Position numbers and translations under genes: made by a program | Part shown: in pieces, positions 51,823-64,000 of the stretch | Position numbering within the stretch: position 1 is the first letter of the stretch | Layout of the letters: each line of letters opens with the position of its first letter | The notes under the pieces: model-generated | The model's database searches: none | The model's input: the letters and a program-made list of their open reading frames with translations, nothing else | What the model was told of the DNA's origin: nothing | Origin: Vicugna vicugna | Taxonomy: Eukaryota | Reading direction: 5' to 3' | NCBI GenBank assembly: GCA_013265495.1 | Contig: MU057560.1 | Location: 1,004,753 to 1,068,752, forward strand | DNA: 64,000 nt

Positions 51823-54235
51823 CTGACAGTGTTTATTTATCCTATTATGTGCCAGTCACTGAGAGCACAAGATTGAAAAGTATATCCCTCTCCTTCAAGA
51901 AACTGAGCTCCAAACATGTAGCTTGTTGATAACCTCTGTTTTACTTTACAGAAGTCAGTGTGATCACTCAAGACTAATCATTTGCAAAAACACTGGGATG
52001 TGATTTATTCATTCAACAACTCATTTATTTGACAAGGAGAATACATTGGCTACCATGCTTCAAGAAACACAGAAAATTAATTAGATGAAAAAAAAGAGAA
52101 AAAAACTAACTAAAACATCAAGCAAATAAGACAACATTGGGTTATTTCTTTGGTTGTATTTCTTTTTCATATGAACAATTATCTTGTATTTTGGTATTTA
52201 ATGAGCAGAGAGAGGAAAGGCCACTCGGAACAATGACATGAGTGTGAATAATTTCAAAAGTGCAGTTGGTGCTTTCTTGGGCATGCTGATGTTCTGTGTG
52301 CATAAAACTGGTACCTACTTCACAGCTTGCAGTATGCAACGTTGTCTTAGAAGCAAGACCTACAGCTGGGTAATCCTGTCATGGTGTTGCGATGCCACTG
52401 GTGTGACAGACAGCAGATACGTGTCGAGGTACAGTGCGTGCACTTTGCTCCCTGCTGGGTGGCCTGGTTAGAACAGTCTCCATGTGGGCTCCCACTTCCC
52501 TAGCTGTGCCTGGAGCCCAGCTCGGTCCCAGCCCCTGACTGACTCTTGCCAGGGGGCTGTGATGGTCACGAGGCTCAGCTGCGTCCAGGTTGTATTACTT
52601 TAGGAAATTGTTAAGCAGAGTTTTCAGATTGGCATTTCAGAGACAAGGCAAGTATTAAACAGTAATTAAATCACCGCATGAATTAAGTCGATTCACAAGT
52701 CACTGAATAGTTGACTTTAGGCATTTTAGCGAATCCCCGTCATCTCTGTAGACACAGGTGTCCACATTTCAGGTATCGCAGGCCTGCTCCTCACCTGGCG
52801 CTCAGGGGCTCACTTCCTTCCCTTTCAGACAGACAGACACACGCGCACGAACACACAGAGACACGGGCAACATTATAGGCATACTGTTGCTAAAAAGCCA
52901 AAACGCTGACCAAACCGGGGCTATGTCCTTGCTGAAGATTTTGCTCCCTTATTTGTCTGTTATGGCTACGACATTCATGCATTTGGCCCATGAGTGCGTC
53001 ATTCATTTTCTCAGATGCTCTCTTTCTTCTGGTGATGATCTAGGAGCTCCCTCTTAGTCTGAGTAACCCTAGTGGCAAGACCAAAGCTGTCACTGCCCGT
53101 GCACCCTTGGTATCACCCATGCCCCTGCCTGGCTGCCCTGACTGTACTGGCCTCCAGTCCTACCACCCAGCTCTCTCAGATCCTCGGCTCTGACTCCACA
53201 CGGTTGTCTGTGCTCCGCTGCCCACGTGTCAGAGGGGAGGGGGACAGGGTCACCGAGGAGCCTCCTTCTGTGCTTGAGCCTGTCTCCTTGCTCCAAAATT
53301 CCCCTGGCAAGTGCTTCCCACACACAGGTGAGCCACAAAATCAAAACTCTGATCTGGGCCTCTGTTTCTCCTGGAAGGACACAGAAATACAAGCCAGCCT
53401 TTGTAACCTCTCACAGTGTGTCGGGTTCCAAAGCGAAAGAAAGATAGGATCTGCTACCATTGATTATTAACTATTATGTGTTAAATACAACACGCATAGG
53501 AGGGAAAATGCCTGCAGGGTTATAAGCTCACCTTTTAATGCATCAGTATGAATTTAGAATGAAGTTTTGTAGAGAAACTTAGAAGGTCTCTGTCCTGTTC
53601 AACACCCACCATGATCTGGGTGGCTGTGGGAGAGGCGTACCTTTAATTTGGGGTTGGCATTAAACTTGTAGGAAAAGTATTATTTGGAGGATTTAATGAG
53701 ATAATGGAAAAGTCTATATTTATACATCAAATCTATACAGATAACTGTACTTATATACACATTTTGTATATTTCCATGACATGTATATCATGCTATATAC
53801 TCTGTATATGTATATATTTATATTTGGTTCTAAAATACCAAGCAATCCTGATATAATATAAACAGATTTTAAAAATTCTATATGATTAAATATCTATTTT
53901 AGGCAACTAGGCTGTAGCAGGAAAGCTCTGCCAATCCCTTAGACAGATGGACGCGGTCACCCCTCCCAGCTTTCCAGCGGGCACGCTCACCTGGAGTTTT
54001 GCCCTCCTTCCCAGCGGCCGCAGTGTCAGAACACAGGAGAACTGGGTGCATCCAGGCAAGAGCCGACATGCTGTACGAAGGCTGCGGCATCCGAGAGGTC
54101 TGCCCTGGAGAACAGAAGGTTCTGGGATGCAGGGGAGCCGTCTTCACACGCGTGAAGGCTGTCGCAGGCATGGGGTTGGCAACTCCTCCCGGGCTCTGCC
54201 TAGAGAGGGACAGAGTTTGCCCCAGTGAAATGAAT

Positions 54236-54478
54236 TTTCCAATAGTTAGAGCTTCTCAAATGGGACCAGGCGGTCTCCGGAGGAAATCAATTTCCCATCA
54301 CTGAAGGCGCTCAGAATAAGCTAGCTCGTGGCGATGAGGAGGGCTTAAACATCACGTGTCTGTTGGAGAACGTTTGTGTGCACGCACACGGGAGTGTGTG
54401 CATGACTATGTATCAGCTATACAGAAAATGGGGGCTGGAATGGATGACCTCTTAGGGCACTTGTAAACTTAGGTGCTA
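54236..54478 (+). mobile_element. CR1/L3- or MIR3-type 3' end
   Basis: ttcccatcactgaagg...ggctggaatggatgacctctta. Confidence 0.5.
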
Positions 54479-54721
54479 TAATAATTCTTGTGGCCGAGAT
54501 CACTTCTCCACTTTCTGTTCTTTACTGTATCTAGTAAGCCCAGTCCAGCGCACTAATGGGTTGATTTTATTTTTTCAATCCTGTGAGTGCACACATGTGA
54601 AGGAGACAAGCTTAGGATTTGCTTTTTTTATTTTCTTTTTCCACATTAGCATCTTTTAATTTTTATTTTTTAAAGCGAATTACCTCCTCCCCAAAAATAT
54701 TTTTAATGTTTTAAGTGTTTT

Positions 54722-55270
54722 TTTATTAAATTTTTTATTGCAGTATAGTCAGTTACAGTGTGTCAATTTCTGGTGCACAGCACAATGTCCCAGGCTTGCA
54801 TATATATACATATATGCATTTTCATATTCTTTTTTGTTAAAGGTTATTACAAGATATTGAATATAGTTCCCTGTGCTGTACAAAAGAAATTTGTTTTTTA
54901 CCAGTTTTTATAAACAGTGATTAACATTTGCAAATCTGAAACTTCCAAATTTATCTCTTCCCACCCTCTTTCCCCAGTAACCATAAAATTGTTTATTATG
55001 TCTTCAAATCTGTGTCTTTTATAGATGAGTTCATTAGTGTCCTCTTTTTCCTTTTTTTTTTTTTAAGGTTCCACATATGACTGATAGCATATGGTACTTT
55101 TCTTTCTTTTCCTGGCTTACTTCACTTAAAATGACAAACTCCAGGTCCATCCATGCTGCTGCATATGGCGTTATGTTCTTTATTATGGCTGAGTAGTATT
55201 CCATTGCACAAATATACTGTGGCTTCTCTATCCAGTCCTCTGTCGATGGGCATTTAGGTGCTGCCACGTC
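54722..55270 (-). mobile_element. Young L1 3' end (ORF2 C-terminus plus 3' UTR)
   Basis: Minus translation PKCPSTEDWIEK...MEYYSAI...AAAWMDLE is the L1 ORF2p C-terminus. Confidence 0.92.
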
Positions 55271-56249
55271 TGAGCCTAGGGTTTAGATATGTGTTTACCC
55301 TAAGCATTGCCTCCTGAACCCTAAACCTCCTTCAGGCCACCTTTGTCTGCGTCTATAAAATAGATCCTTAGGTCAAACCAGATCCAAAGTGTTTTCCTCA
55401 TCTAAAACGCTGTGACGACATGAGCCACTCATAAACGAGCCTGCGCACCTGATGCACGGATCAGTTTTGGTCAGTGCAAGAGCACTGCGGGCAGCATCTG
55501 CACGTAGGGTCACAATGAACCATCGTAGGGACACACAGACCTTTCGTTTCTGTATGTTTCACGGGTTCCAGAGACCAGCAGAAGCGGCTTATCTTCCAAA
55601 GAGCGTCTTCTCCTTACTGGAAGGATCCTGAGTGAGGCATTCATGGAAGAAAACAAAAACATCTGTGCTGACTTAATGCAAGGATTTTACTATCATCCGA
55701 CAGTGCATTTAAGGGCTGCATGGCTCTCTCTGATTTGTAGCATTTGGTTGTCGTGACACAGCCTGGGCTGCAGGTTTGTATTTCTAGCACTGCTTTTCTG
55801 GCACAGTCTGGTCGTTACACATCGGCCCCCAAGCAGCACCGCCGTTTCTTCCCCTGACTTCTCTTCCCTCCGAGCTCCAAGGCTTGCTGATTATTAAACT
55901 GCAGAGAGTTTGAATTTGCTATCAGACAATTGGAACTAATTGTCTGAGACGATTTACATCTATCAGCGCAAGGTTTATGGCCTTTGAGACTCAGCATAAG
56001 ATGAACACATAACGGAGCTTGAGTCATTACTCTGTTTTATTGCTTGCGCTGTGCAGGGTAATCTGAGAATAATTTGGGCACTCCAGCTCTGTCAAGTACT
56101 GGACATCTGTCACGTTGCCGGTTCTGATGGTGTTTTGCAATCTGTCCACTCATACCCTTTACAACTGCTGCCCTAAAACCAAGGAACTGAGAAAGTTTTT
56201 TTTAAAGGAATTCATAAATGAGAGTTAACTTTTACTTAGCAGATTCACC

Positions 56250-56357
56250 TTTTTTTTTTAATTGAAGTACAGTCAGTTACCATGTGTCAGTTTCTGGTGT
56301 CCAGCACAATGTCCCGGTCACGCACGTACATACATGTATTTTTTTCATATTCTTTTC
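56250..56357 (-). mobile_element. Very short young L1 3' end
   Basis: poly(T) plus aattgaagtacagtcagttac...tttctggtgtccagcacaatgtcc. Confidence 0.85.
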
Positions 56358-57346
56358 TTAAACACAGGCTCCTGTTTTCTTTCCCTCTGATCACCACACA
56401 CCTCATTCTCCTGCTCACACAGTGGACACGGAGGAAGCCAACATCACCCTTGCCATCTTGCTCCTTTGACTACCGCATGCGCAGGGAGCGGCGACCAAAC
56501 CGGACGGCCGGGAGGTCTGCCCGCGGTCTCCGTCACCTCACTTGCACCTGAATCGGCGAGATGGTTCACTGGCTCTGGCTTTGACAAGCACATTTTAAAG
56601 AACCTTAAAATATCTTCAAAATATCTTCACTCCTTCTAGGAAACTGTTTTCCTAATTAAATAGTTTCTAGTGTTTGGAAATGTCCCCAGACTCAGATTCA
56701 TTTTTGTATTTGTTTTTACAAAGTCGTTTTAACTTTGTATTTTCCTAGCCTCATGTTGCACACAGAGCTAGTGGACAGGTGTTCAATCCATTTACTGACG
56801 TTCACTCATCGACGATGTTTGGTCAATCTCTAGTTTGCCTCCGGAGAAATTCTTGGATGTGTGTCACCATACGTGAAGGACAGAATCTACACTGAATTTC
56901 ACTTAAACTTAGAGAGAAGAAAGAAAGAGCATGGCTAAATTCCCTCGGGAGAAGTAAATGACAGGGCCGTACGTTTCAGATAGAAGTGTCCCTGTGTATC
57001 ATTCATGATGATACATTTACGTCACCTGCCATCAATCACGAGAACATGGGAAATCACAGAGCTCAGATTCCAAGGATGTACGATGTGTTAGGTGGTGGGG
57101 ACAAAGTGTGGATGTGAAATTTAATAAATGCCCTGAATCAATACAAGCTCATTGAGTGTCTGATTTGGTGACTGAGTATACAGGAATAAGTAAGACAGTC
57201 TTACCTGGCTTCAGGAAACTCACAATCGATAGCACAAGTGGACACACGTCACAAGGACATCAAACTCAAGGTGTACTGTTTCGGCAGATGTGTGTACAAA
57301 GTGGCACAGAAGCACAGGCCAGGGAGCAACTTCCTTTTTTATACTA

Positions 57347-57925
57347 AACTTTTTAAATTTTGAAGTAGAGCTGATTCACGATGTTAGTTTCAGGTGTACA
57401 ACATCATGATCCAGTTATAAATATACATACATGTGTATTTTCTTTTCAAGTTCTTTTCCATTATGTCTTATTACAAGATACTGAATATAGTTCCCTGTGT
57501 TATGCAGTAGGGCCTTGTTGTTTGTTTATTTTATATATAGTAGTTTGTATCTGCAGATCCCAAACTCCTACCTAATTTATCCCTCCCCGCCCTTTCCCCT
57601 TGGTAACCATAGTTTGTTTTGTATGCCTGTGAGTCTGTTTTGGTTTGTAAATACAGTTTGTATCTTTTTTCTTTAGAGTCCACATATAAGTGACATCACA
57701 TATTTATCTTTCTCTGTCTGACTGACTTCACCTAGTATGACGATCTCCAGGTCCATCCATGTTGTTGCAAATGGCACGATTTTGTTCTTTTCTATGGCTG
57801 AGTAGTACTCCATGGTGTATACATACCACAGCTTCTCCATCCAGTCACCTGTTGAGGACATTTAGGTGCTTCTATTGTAAACAGTGCTCCTGTGAACACT
57901 GGGGTGCGTATGTCTTTGAGTAGGT
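57347..57925 (-). mobile_element. L1 3' end (older cetartiodactyl-type subfamily)
   Basis: Minus translation DWMEKLWYVYTMEYYSAIEKNKIVPFATTWMDLE is the L1 ORF2p C-terminus. Confidence 0.92.
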
Positions 57926-60900
57926 TTAGGGACGCATTCACAGAACTGCTTTGCAGGACAACCCTGGAAGGGTGAATTACAGTTTGCCAGGAAGCAGAAG
58001 GGAGACATGCGTTCCGACAGAGCGGCGTGAGGCCAGCCTGGCTGCCTGTTGGCCTCCCCAGTTCCGTGCTTGGCTTGCTCCTCTCTTGGCCCTTTCCCTT
58101 CTCTTCCTGTTGCTGCTAATCTCTTCTTCACTGCTCCTGGTTTCCAGGGTACACCGCGCCTCAAACTTCAGAAGTCAGCACTTCCTCCTGCTCCCTTAGT
58201 CCTGTCCTACAGGGTCTCATTTGTGCAAAGATTTTGGCTGTGATGTAAGAGCTGGTGGTACCCAGAGCTCTTATCTGGGCCACCAGCCCCTCGCCCAGCA
58301 GGTCCCACAGGCTCCCCTGGGCTGGACCTGAAAGCTTCTTAAACTCTGGCCCCCAGTTCCCTGTCTTCCCCGCCTCCCCAGGGGAATTCTTCAGACAATA
58401 ACCCCGGGATAGAAATTCATGTCCATCCACTCACTCCACTGCCCAAAGCTGTCAATGGCTTTCATTTCCCCAGAGATTCATTTTTAAAACCATACAGCTT
58501 CTACACAATCCTGAGCCCAGAAGCCCCCCCAGCAGTATTCCTTCCATATTTTAGATTTCTTTGCTCAAGCAAGAGTTGGAAAATGAAGATGGGTATTTCC
58601 AGGATCTACCGTGGGAAGCAGACTCTGCTAGCAAGGGAAGGGGCGTTGGGGGTGGTGGCAACCAGGAGAGTCTTCCATAGCGCATTACTTTTTTACTTAA
58701 AATGAAGTGCTTTTGAAAACTGGAAAAATCTAGAGCATACGATGGCTGCCTGCCTGCATGCCTGCAGCTCAGTAGATACGCAGTTTGGGAGAGAGGCTGT
58801 CAGCCTTTTCACCAAGGGCGGCCCCTCAGTCAGAGCACATCCTCCCTGGGGTGCACTCTCACTGGGCTGGGGGTACAGAGGGAGCCCTTTTTTCTTGCCT
58901 CTATGTTCTCCCTCTACATCATGCAAATTAAATTTCTCTTCATGATGCTGTTGCTTGTTTTACGTTTTGTTGATACAATTTTATACAGTTTCTCATTCAT
59001 TTCCATGCTGTTTTGGTCTTATTTAGAAAGGCTTCCCCTACTCTAACGTTGTGCTTAAATTTAAATCCACCCTTTCCTGAAGCACCTTTGGAGTTTTACA
59101 TATTACAGTTAGAGCCACCGGTCCAGCTACCTTTTCCTGCAGGAAGCCCCCGTGCCTTCCAGCGTGTCTTATTGGACAATGTGTGCTTTCACTTTTACAC
59201 AGAAAGACCTGCTAAGCCTTAATCTGCACGTGGGATTCTGTCTGAACAATCAGTCTCGGTTCATCTCTATGTTTTTCCTTTCATGTATTAGTGCCAAGTG
59301 ATGACTTAAAGAATATACATTTATAATACATTTTTCTGTCTGTGAGAGTTCGTCTCTGCTGCCATCCACTCCATTATAAACACAGAACACAGCACTCTGT
59401 TGTTGTTGTTTTTATTGTTAATGTTCTTGGGCATTTCTGATCTTTTTCTAAGATCTGGCTATAAATGGATAAAGATTTAACATGTTTAATAGACTTGGTC
59501 TTAAGGTCTTGAGATTTTGCCCAAAAAGTGAGACACTGTTCATCTTATTCCATGTTGTTTTCACTTTAAGAAGAGTGTCTAGTAGGGGCACTTCATACAT
59601 TTATTTGCAGAAAGTTAAGGAGTGGTTTTTCCAGAGATCTCCCATTTAGAGGCAGACCTAGGTCTAAACCTCAGCCTTCTGGGTCTGTTGTAAAGATTAA
59701 AGTAGGAAATTCATCTGGGAAAACACCAGACAGAGCCTGGCACTTGGTAGGAACATGATACTTTGATAGTTTTACTTAATACCCTCTCACTTAATAAATA
59801 CTTAAGGAGGGGAGGATCATTTCTTTTCTTTGCTTTGCTTTAAATTTGAGATTCTGGAAGCAAACCACCTCTAATAGAAATCTTGGCGATCCTGGAAATA
59901 ACCTTGTTCCTCAGGCACTCTTTCAGAGGGCTGGTTCATCACAAACCAACACACTAAGAGGGCAAAGTGAGTTAGATTCACAAGGTCCATCGTGGAGGCT
60001 TGGATCCTCCCCATTATCTCCACGTGGTGTCTGACTGATGGAACTGCTGCCTACCGACTGGACAAAGGGCTAGATGTCTCGACATCTAATTACTGAGAGA
60101 ATTAGGGAGCCCTGCCGAGTCTAAACACACATTTTCTATAACACAAGTTCCAAGCTTGCATTTGAAGGACGATCTCTATTTCACTCTTATTTTAGATATA
60201 AGCCAGGTTTGTTTCTGAGCTAACATTAATTGAAATTGAAATGATTTCCAATCTAAAGAAAAATTTCTCTCATTTATGTTGGGGAAATGACTCAGACCAT
60301 GGAGAACTGCCTTTTGGATTAAGAGTCATTTCTATTCCCAGTATTCAAGTCAACCTCTTAGAGCAAGAAATTGCATTTCTTTCTTTCTTTTTTTAACTGA
60401 GATGAAATGTTTCCTCCCCTCCCTTTTCACGAGGGACTCGCAGTCTTCTGGTTACGAACCGCATGTTTCGCTGCCAGCAACACGTTCGTGCGGGAATATT
60501 CATACAAGAATCCCAGGCTCACGTTCCAGCGACTCGCATGAGGGAGAAGGGAAAGCTGTTATTTTGAGCGCAGGGTGAACCTCGACTCAAGGGAAGCTCT
60601 GGCACTGATTTCAGCCTCGAGGATTGCCCGAGATAACAGGAGATGGTTTTCCCCCATCAGCACACTGAATCGCAGAGCCAGGCTCTGGGTGAACTGTCCA
60701 GTCGTAGTCCCTGATATGAACGTTCCCTGCAAAAGGCAGCATGGAAAGTCCGTATTCAGATGAGACTAAGACTTGGAAGGCTGTGTCCCCCTACGAGCAG
60801 GTGGTCCTGCTTTGCATACGGATCTGGAAACACCATGCAGCTGCACTGCACCTGGCATCTGAATCCAAAAATGACTTTGCCCTTCGTGCCCTTCCCCCCA

Positions 60901-61899
60901 GGCAGTCCCAACGCTGAATGCTCCTGGTGGCTATTTATAGGATGTGACGTCCAAATGCTTTAAGATGCTCTGTGTCTGTGTTTACTCATCCCCACACGTG
61001 TGTGTGTGTGTGTAATGTGTGCACAACAGAGATGTGACAGCCTGATGCCTGCCTTCTTCATGCTGGACCATCCCATTTGGTGTTGGGTGACTTCTCTGGG
61101 AGGTTCCTGAATCAGTTCCTTCTAGGAACTCACGTTTATGTCTAGGTGCTCGGGTTGGTGAATACACCTGAAGCCTGACTGGCGATGCCTCTCCCCTCCC
61201 CTACTTTATTGCTGAAGGTGTCAGAGGAAAGAAACACTTCACTGAAGGCCCACCTGTGTTTCCTGCTGGTGAGCCGGGTCTCGCGTCCTCACTGACCTGT
61301 AAGATGCTAGTCTTGTGCATTTGCGATAATTAAAACCGTCAGAGGGACACATAAGAAAAGTGGCCTATTCAGCATCCAGTACGGGCAGGTTTTGTCCTCT
61401 AATGCATGTAGATATGAGTAAACGGACGTCGTCCTGGCATCACGAGGCAGACTGTTAAAGTCACCAAAGCGCGTTGCTGACACGTGCTCTTTGGTGATTT
61501 AGAAGCCTCGAGTTTTTAACTTGTGCGATTTGGCTTCCCTAACCTGTGAAGCTTGGAGAGCACACGCTTAAAGGTCAGCGTCGGAGGGTGCACACTTACA
61601 GCAGCATGGGTGCCCGCGGCGAGCAGACCGGCAGAGAAGAACCCTGTTAAGGAAAGCCAGCCCTTTCCGGGGCGAAGAGAAGCCTGCATCCAGTTTGACA
61701 GCTCTCATCGTGAACGGAGAGAGGCCGGAGCAGCTGCTCTGGCGACAAGCCGTGTCTCTGGATGCCCGGGAAAACGCATCTCATTACTCAGTCCTTCCCG
61801 CTCCCCTCCGCTGACTTACATCTAGAACGACCCGGAGAGCTTTTTCCTGCAGAGGTGCTGTTTCTCACTGTGCATGCGATGTGAAGCTCACAGACGAGA

Positions 61900-62150
61900 A
61901 ATGTGCGCGCCTAAAATAAATCCTGCGTGAACCCGGAGACGCGGGAGGGCCCCTGGGCGGTGACAGGTGACGTGCCCGTCAGCCTCCGACGGCTCGCCGT
62001 GCCCGCATCAGACACGCGGGTCTGGCCCAGGCGGCGCGGGCGCGGGGCGGGGCGCGAGTCTGCGGCTGCGCGATGGGAGTGGGGCGAGGGGAGCGGGGCA
62101 GATGCATCAGGAGCGGGGAGGGGTGCAACCCCCCGAGATCCGCAGGAGGA
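61900..62150. promoter_or_regulatory. Small CpG-rich patch with GC box, CRE half-site and G-runs
   Basis: ggggcggggc, gtgacgt, multiple GGG/GGGG tracts. Confidence 0.45.
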
Positions 62151-62648
62151 CTTCCTTTCAGCTCCCAGGGTGTGGGCATTTGTTTTGGTGTTCACCCTGT
62201 GCGTGTTTCCGCTGAAATTATTCTTGGGGGCTGGTTAAATGTTACAGAATAAAACAATAAACAGGTTCTTCTCCTAAGGAAGGGGGAAAAAAAAAAGAAA
62301 CAAAGAAACAAAAGCCGAGTGACCTACCGCGGCTGTATGTAAACTCCGAAGCTGGCTTTCTGTTTGCAGAAGGATCAGCCCGTGAAACTGCTGAAACCGT
62401 GCAGAAACCATGAAACACCATTAAATCATGCTGGCCTGCTCTAATGAATGAAAGTCCTAACCCCAGAACCGAGCTGAAGGATTCATGCGTGCCTTGTGAT
62501 TAAAATATGAGCCTGCTGCACACTGTGAGAATCCAAAATTAATAAAAATTGGAGACTGCATCAGTTATAAATCTGAGATTATTGCAGAAAATAATGTGAG
62601 TGCATTTTATTTGAGAAAAAGATCAAATACTTCTAAACTAAAAAGCAA

Positions 62649-62888
62649 GGGGTGGGAAGGGATAAATTTGGGAGTTTGAAATTTGCAAATGATAGCCACT
62701 ATATATAAACATAGATAAAAAACGAATTTCTTCTGTAGAGGAGAACTCTGTTCAATATCTTATAATAACCTTTAATGGAAAATGAGTATGAAAACAAATA
62801 TATGTATGTATATGCAGGACTGGGACACTGTGCTGTACACCAGAGAGTGACACATTGTAACTGACGGTGCTTCAATTTAAAAAAAACA
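62649..62888 (+). mobile_element. Young L1 3' UTR fragment with the standard tail
   Basis: ggggtgggaagggataaatttgggagtttgaaatttgca...gctgtacaccaga...ttcaatttaaaaaaaa. Confidence 0.9.
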
Positions 62889-63501
62889 ATAGTAATAGTC
62901 CTTTATTTTAATTTGCTACCCAGGGAAAAGGTGAGGAAAATGTTTCCAAGTATTAAAGTAGCTAAAGTTAAAGACTGTGGTTACTCACACACACACAAAA
63001 AAATGCCTTCTATGAGATCACTCAGAGCATTGGCAAAACAGAAGATAAAAAAATCAACAAATGTTATTTATTTATTTGTAATGGTCACATTTGCTTCCCC
63101 AGCAACATCACATGAAATATTCCCTTACATTTGTGTCACCAGAGTAGGACCAGCTTGAAGCAAAGTCACGTTTTTGTAGTAAAACAAGACGTTTCAGACG
63201 TACACACTGCACAGTAGTAAAAAGGAACAATTCTCCATCTCAAGACTCAGACAGGCTATGCTGGGAGTTGAAACATTGCATGCTCCAAAAGCGCATCTGG
63301 TAGTGATTAGGGCGGGGAAGGGGAGCTGCTCATTCTGAGTGTGGATTGTGCTGTCACTATAAATGAGGGACGGGCTGAGAGGTTCCTTCCTTTTCTTTTA
63401 CGCCGAGTTTATAATTCCGTCTTTAAGATATTGATTTATTTCATTGATGCTCACCTGTGAGTGACAGAGCTCTAGATTTCCTGAGAAGCTGCTTATTTGG
63501 C

Positions 63502-63668
63502 CTTTTTTTTTTTAATTGAAGCACCGTCAGCTACACTGTGTCAATGTCTGGTGCACAGCACAGTGTCCCCGTCCTGCATATACATGCACAGATTTGTTTT
63601 CATACTCTTTTTCATTAAAGGTTATTACAAGACATTGAATGTAGTTCTCCGTGCTCTACAGAAGAAAC
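63502..63668 (-). mobile_element. Young L1 3' end fragment
   Basis: poly(T) plus aattgaagc...aaaggttattacaagacattgaat. Confidence 0.88.
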
Positions 63669-64000
63669 TTGGAGAGCTGAGTTATTCCCAAGGCATAGTC
63701 CATGCTTAAAATGTTCTTACTCTGTAAGTGTTCATGGAGCATGAAAATTCAGAAGCAATGAAGGCCACCTCACCCTGGATCTTTCCGTAGCTTCTCTTGG
63801 CAGCCTAAAATGAAATGATGAGAAAGCAACTTCCACGGAAAATCAACTACTTAAATAACTGACAGCTAGAAAAAAATTCAGCTAGTTTAGAAGTTTACAG
63901 GACTCTCCTAATCCTGAGAAATGTGAGCATATTATTCCTGAAATCTGAATTTATTGGAGGATGGTTAACCTTACATTTCCTGAGGAAACAGTGCAGAACT

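Noticed and set aside
62274..62330. Minus-strand donor (gtaggt) and strong acceptor (...ccttag)
   Set aside because: Only ~50 nt apart, too short for a normal mammalian intron, and no partner exons identified

Overview
Mammalian genomic DNA, essentially non-coding. The young L1 3' ends and the absence of Alu, Bov-tA/BovB, CHR, PRE-1, SINEC and ERE SINEs point to a laurasiatherian, most likely a camelid (inference). I recognise no protein-coding exon; the listed ORFs are explained by GC-rich, repeat or N-gap sequence. The main landmark is a CpG-island promoter at ~21.0-22.3 kb, probably driving a leftward (minus-strand) gene I cannot name, with a candidate non-coding exon at ~20.0-20.1 kb. Bases 1-3598 are repeated almost exactly at 5145-8742 across an N gap, probably a haplotype false duplication. 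The rest is a transposon mosaic (L1, L2, MIR, MaLR/ERV LTRs, hAT/Tigger MITEs) with a U6 retrocopy. The most interesting signals are two independent insertions sharing a chimeric young-L1/old-L1 3' tail, a MER41-like solo LTR with a GAS motif and an atypical L1 insert, a polyadenylated retrocopy of that LTR family, and CpG gain in ancient repeats suggesting GC-biased gene conversion. Repeat family names come from recalled consensus sequences, not a search, and repeat boundaries are approximate. No CRISPR, rRNA or tRNA was seen, and I found no convincing new biological system.
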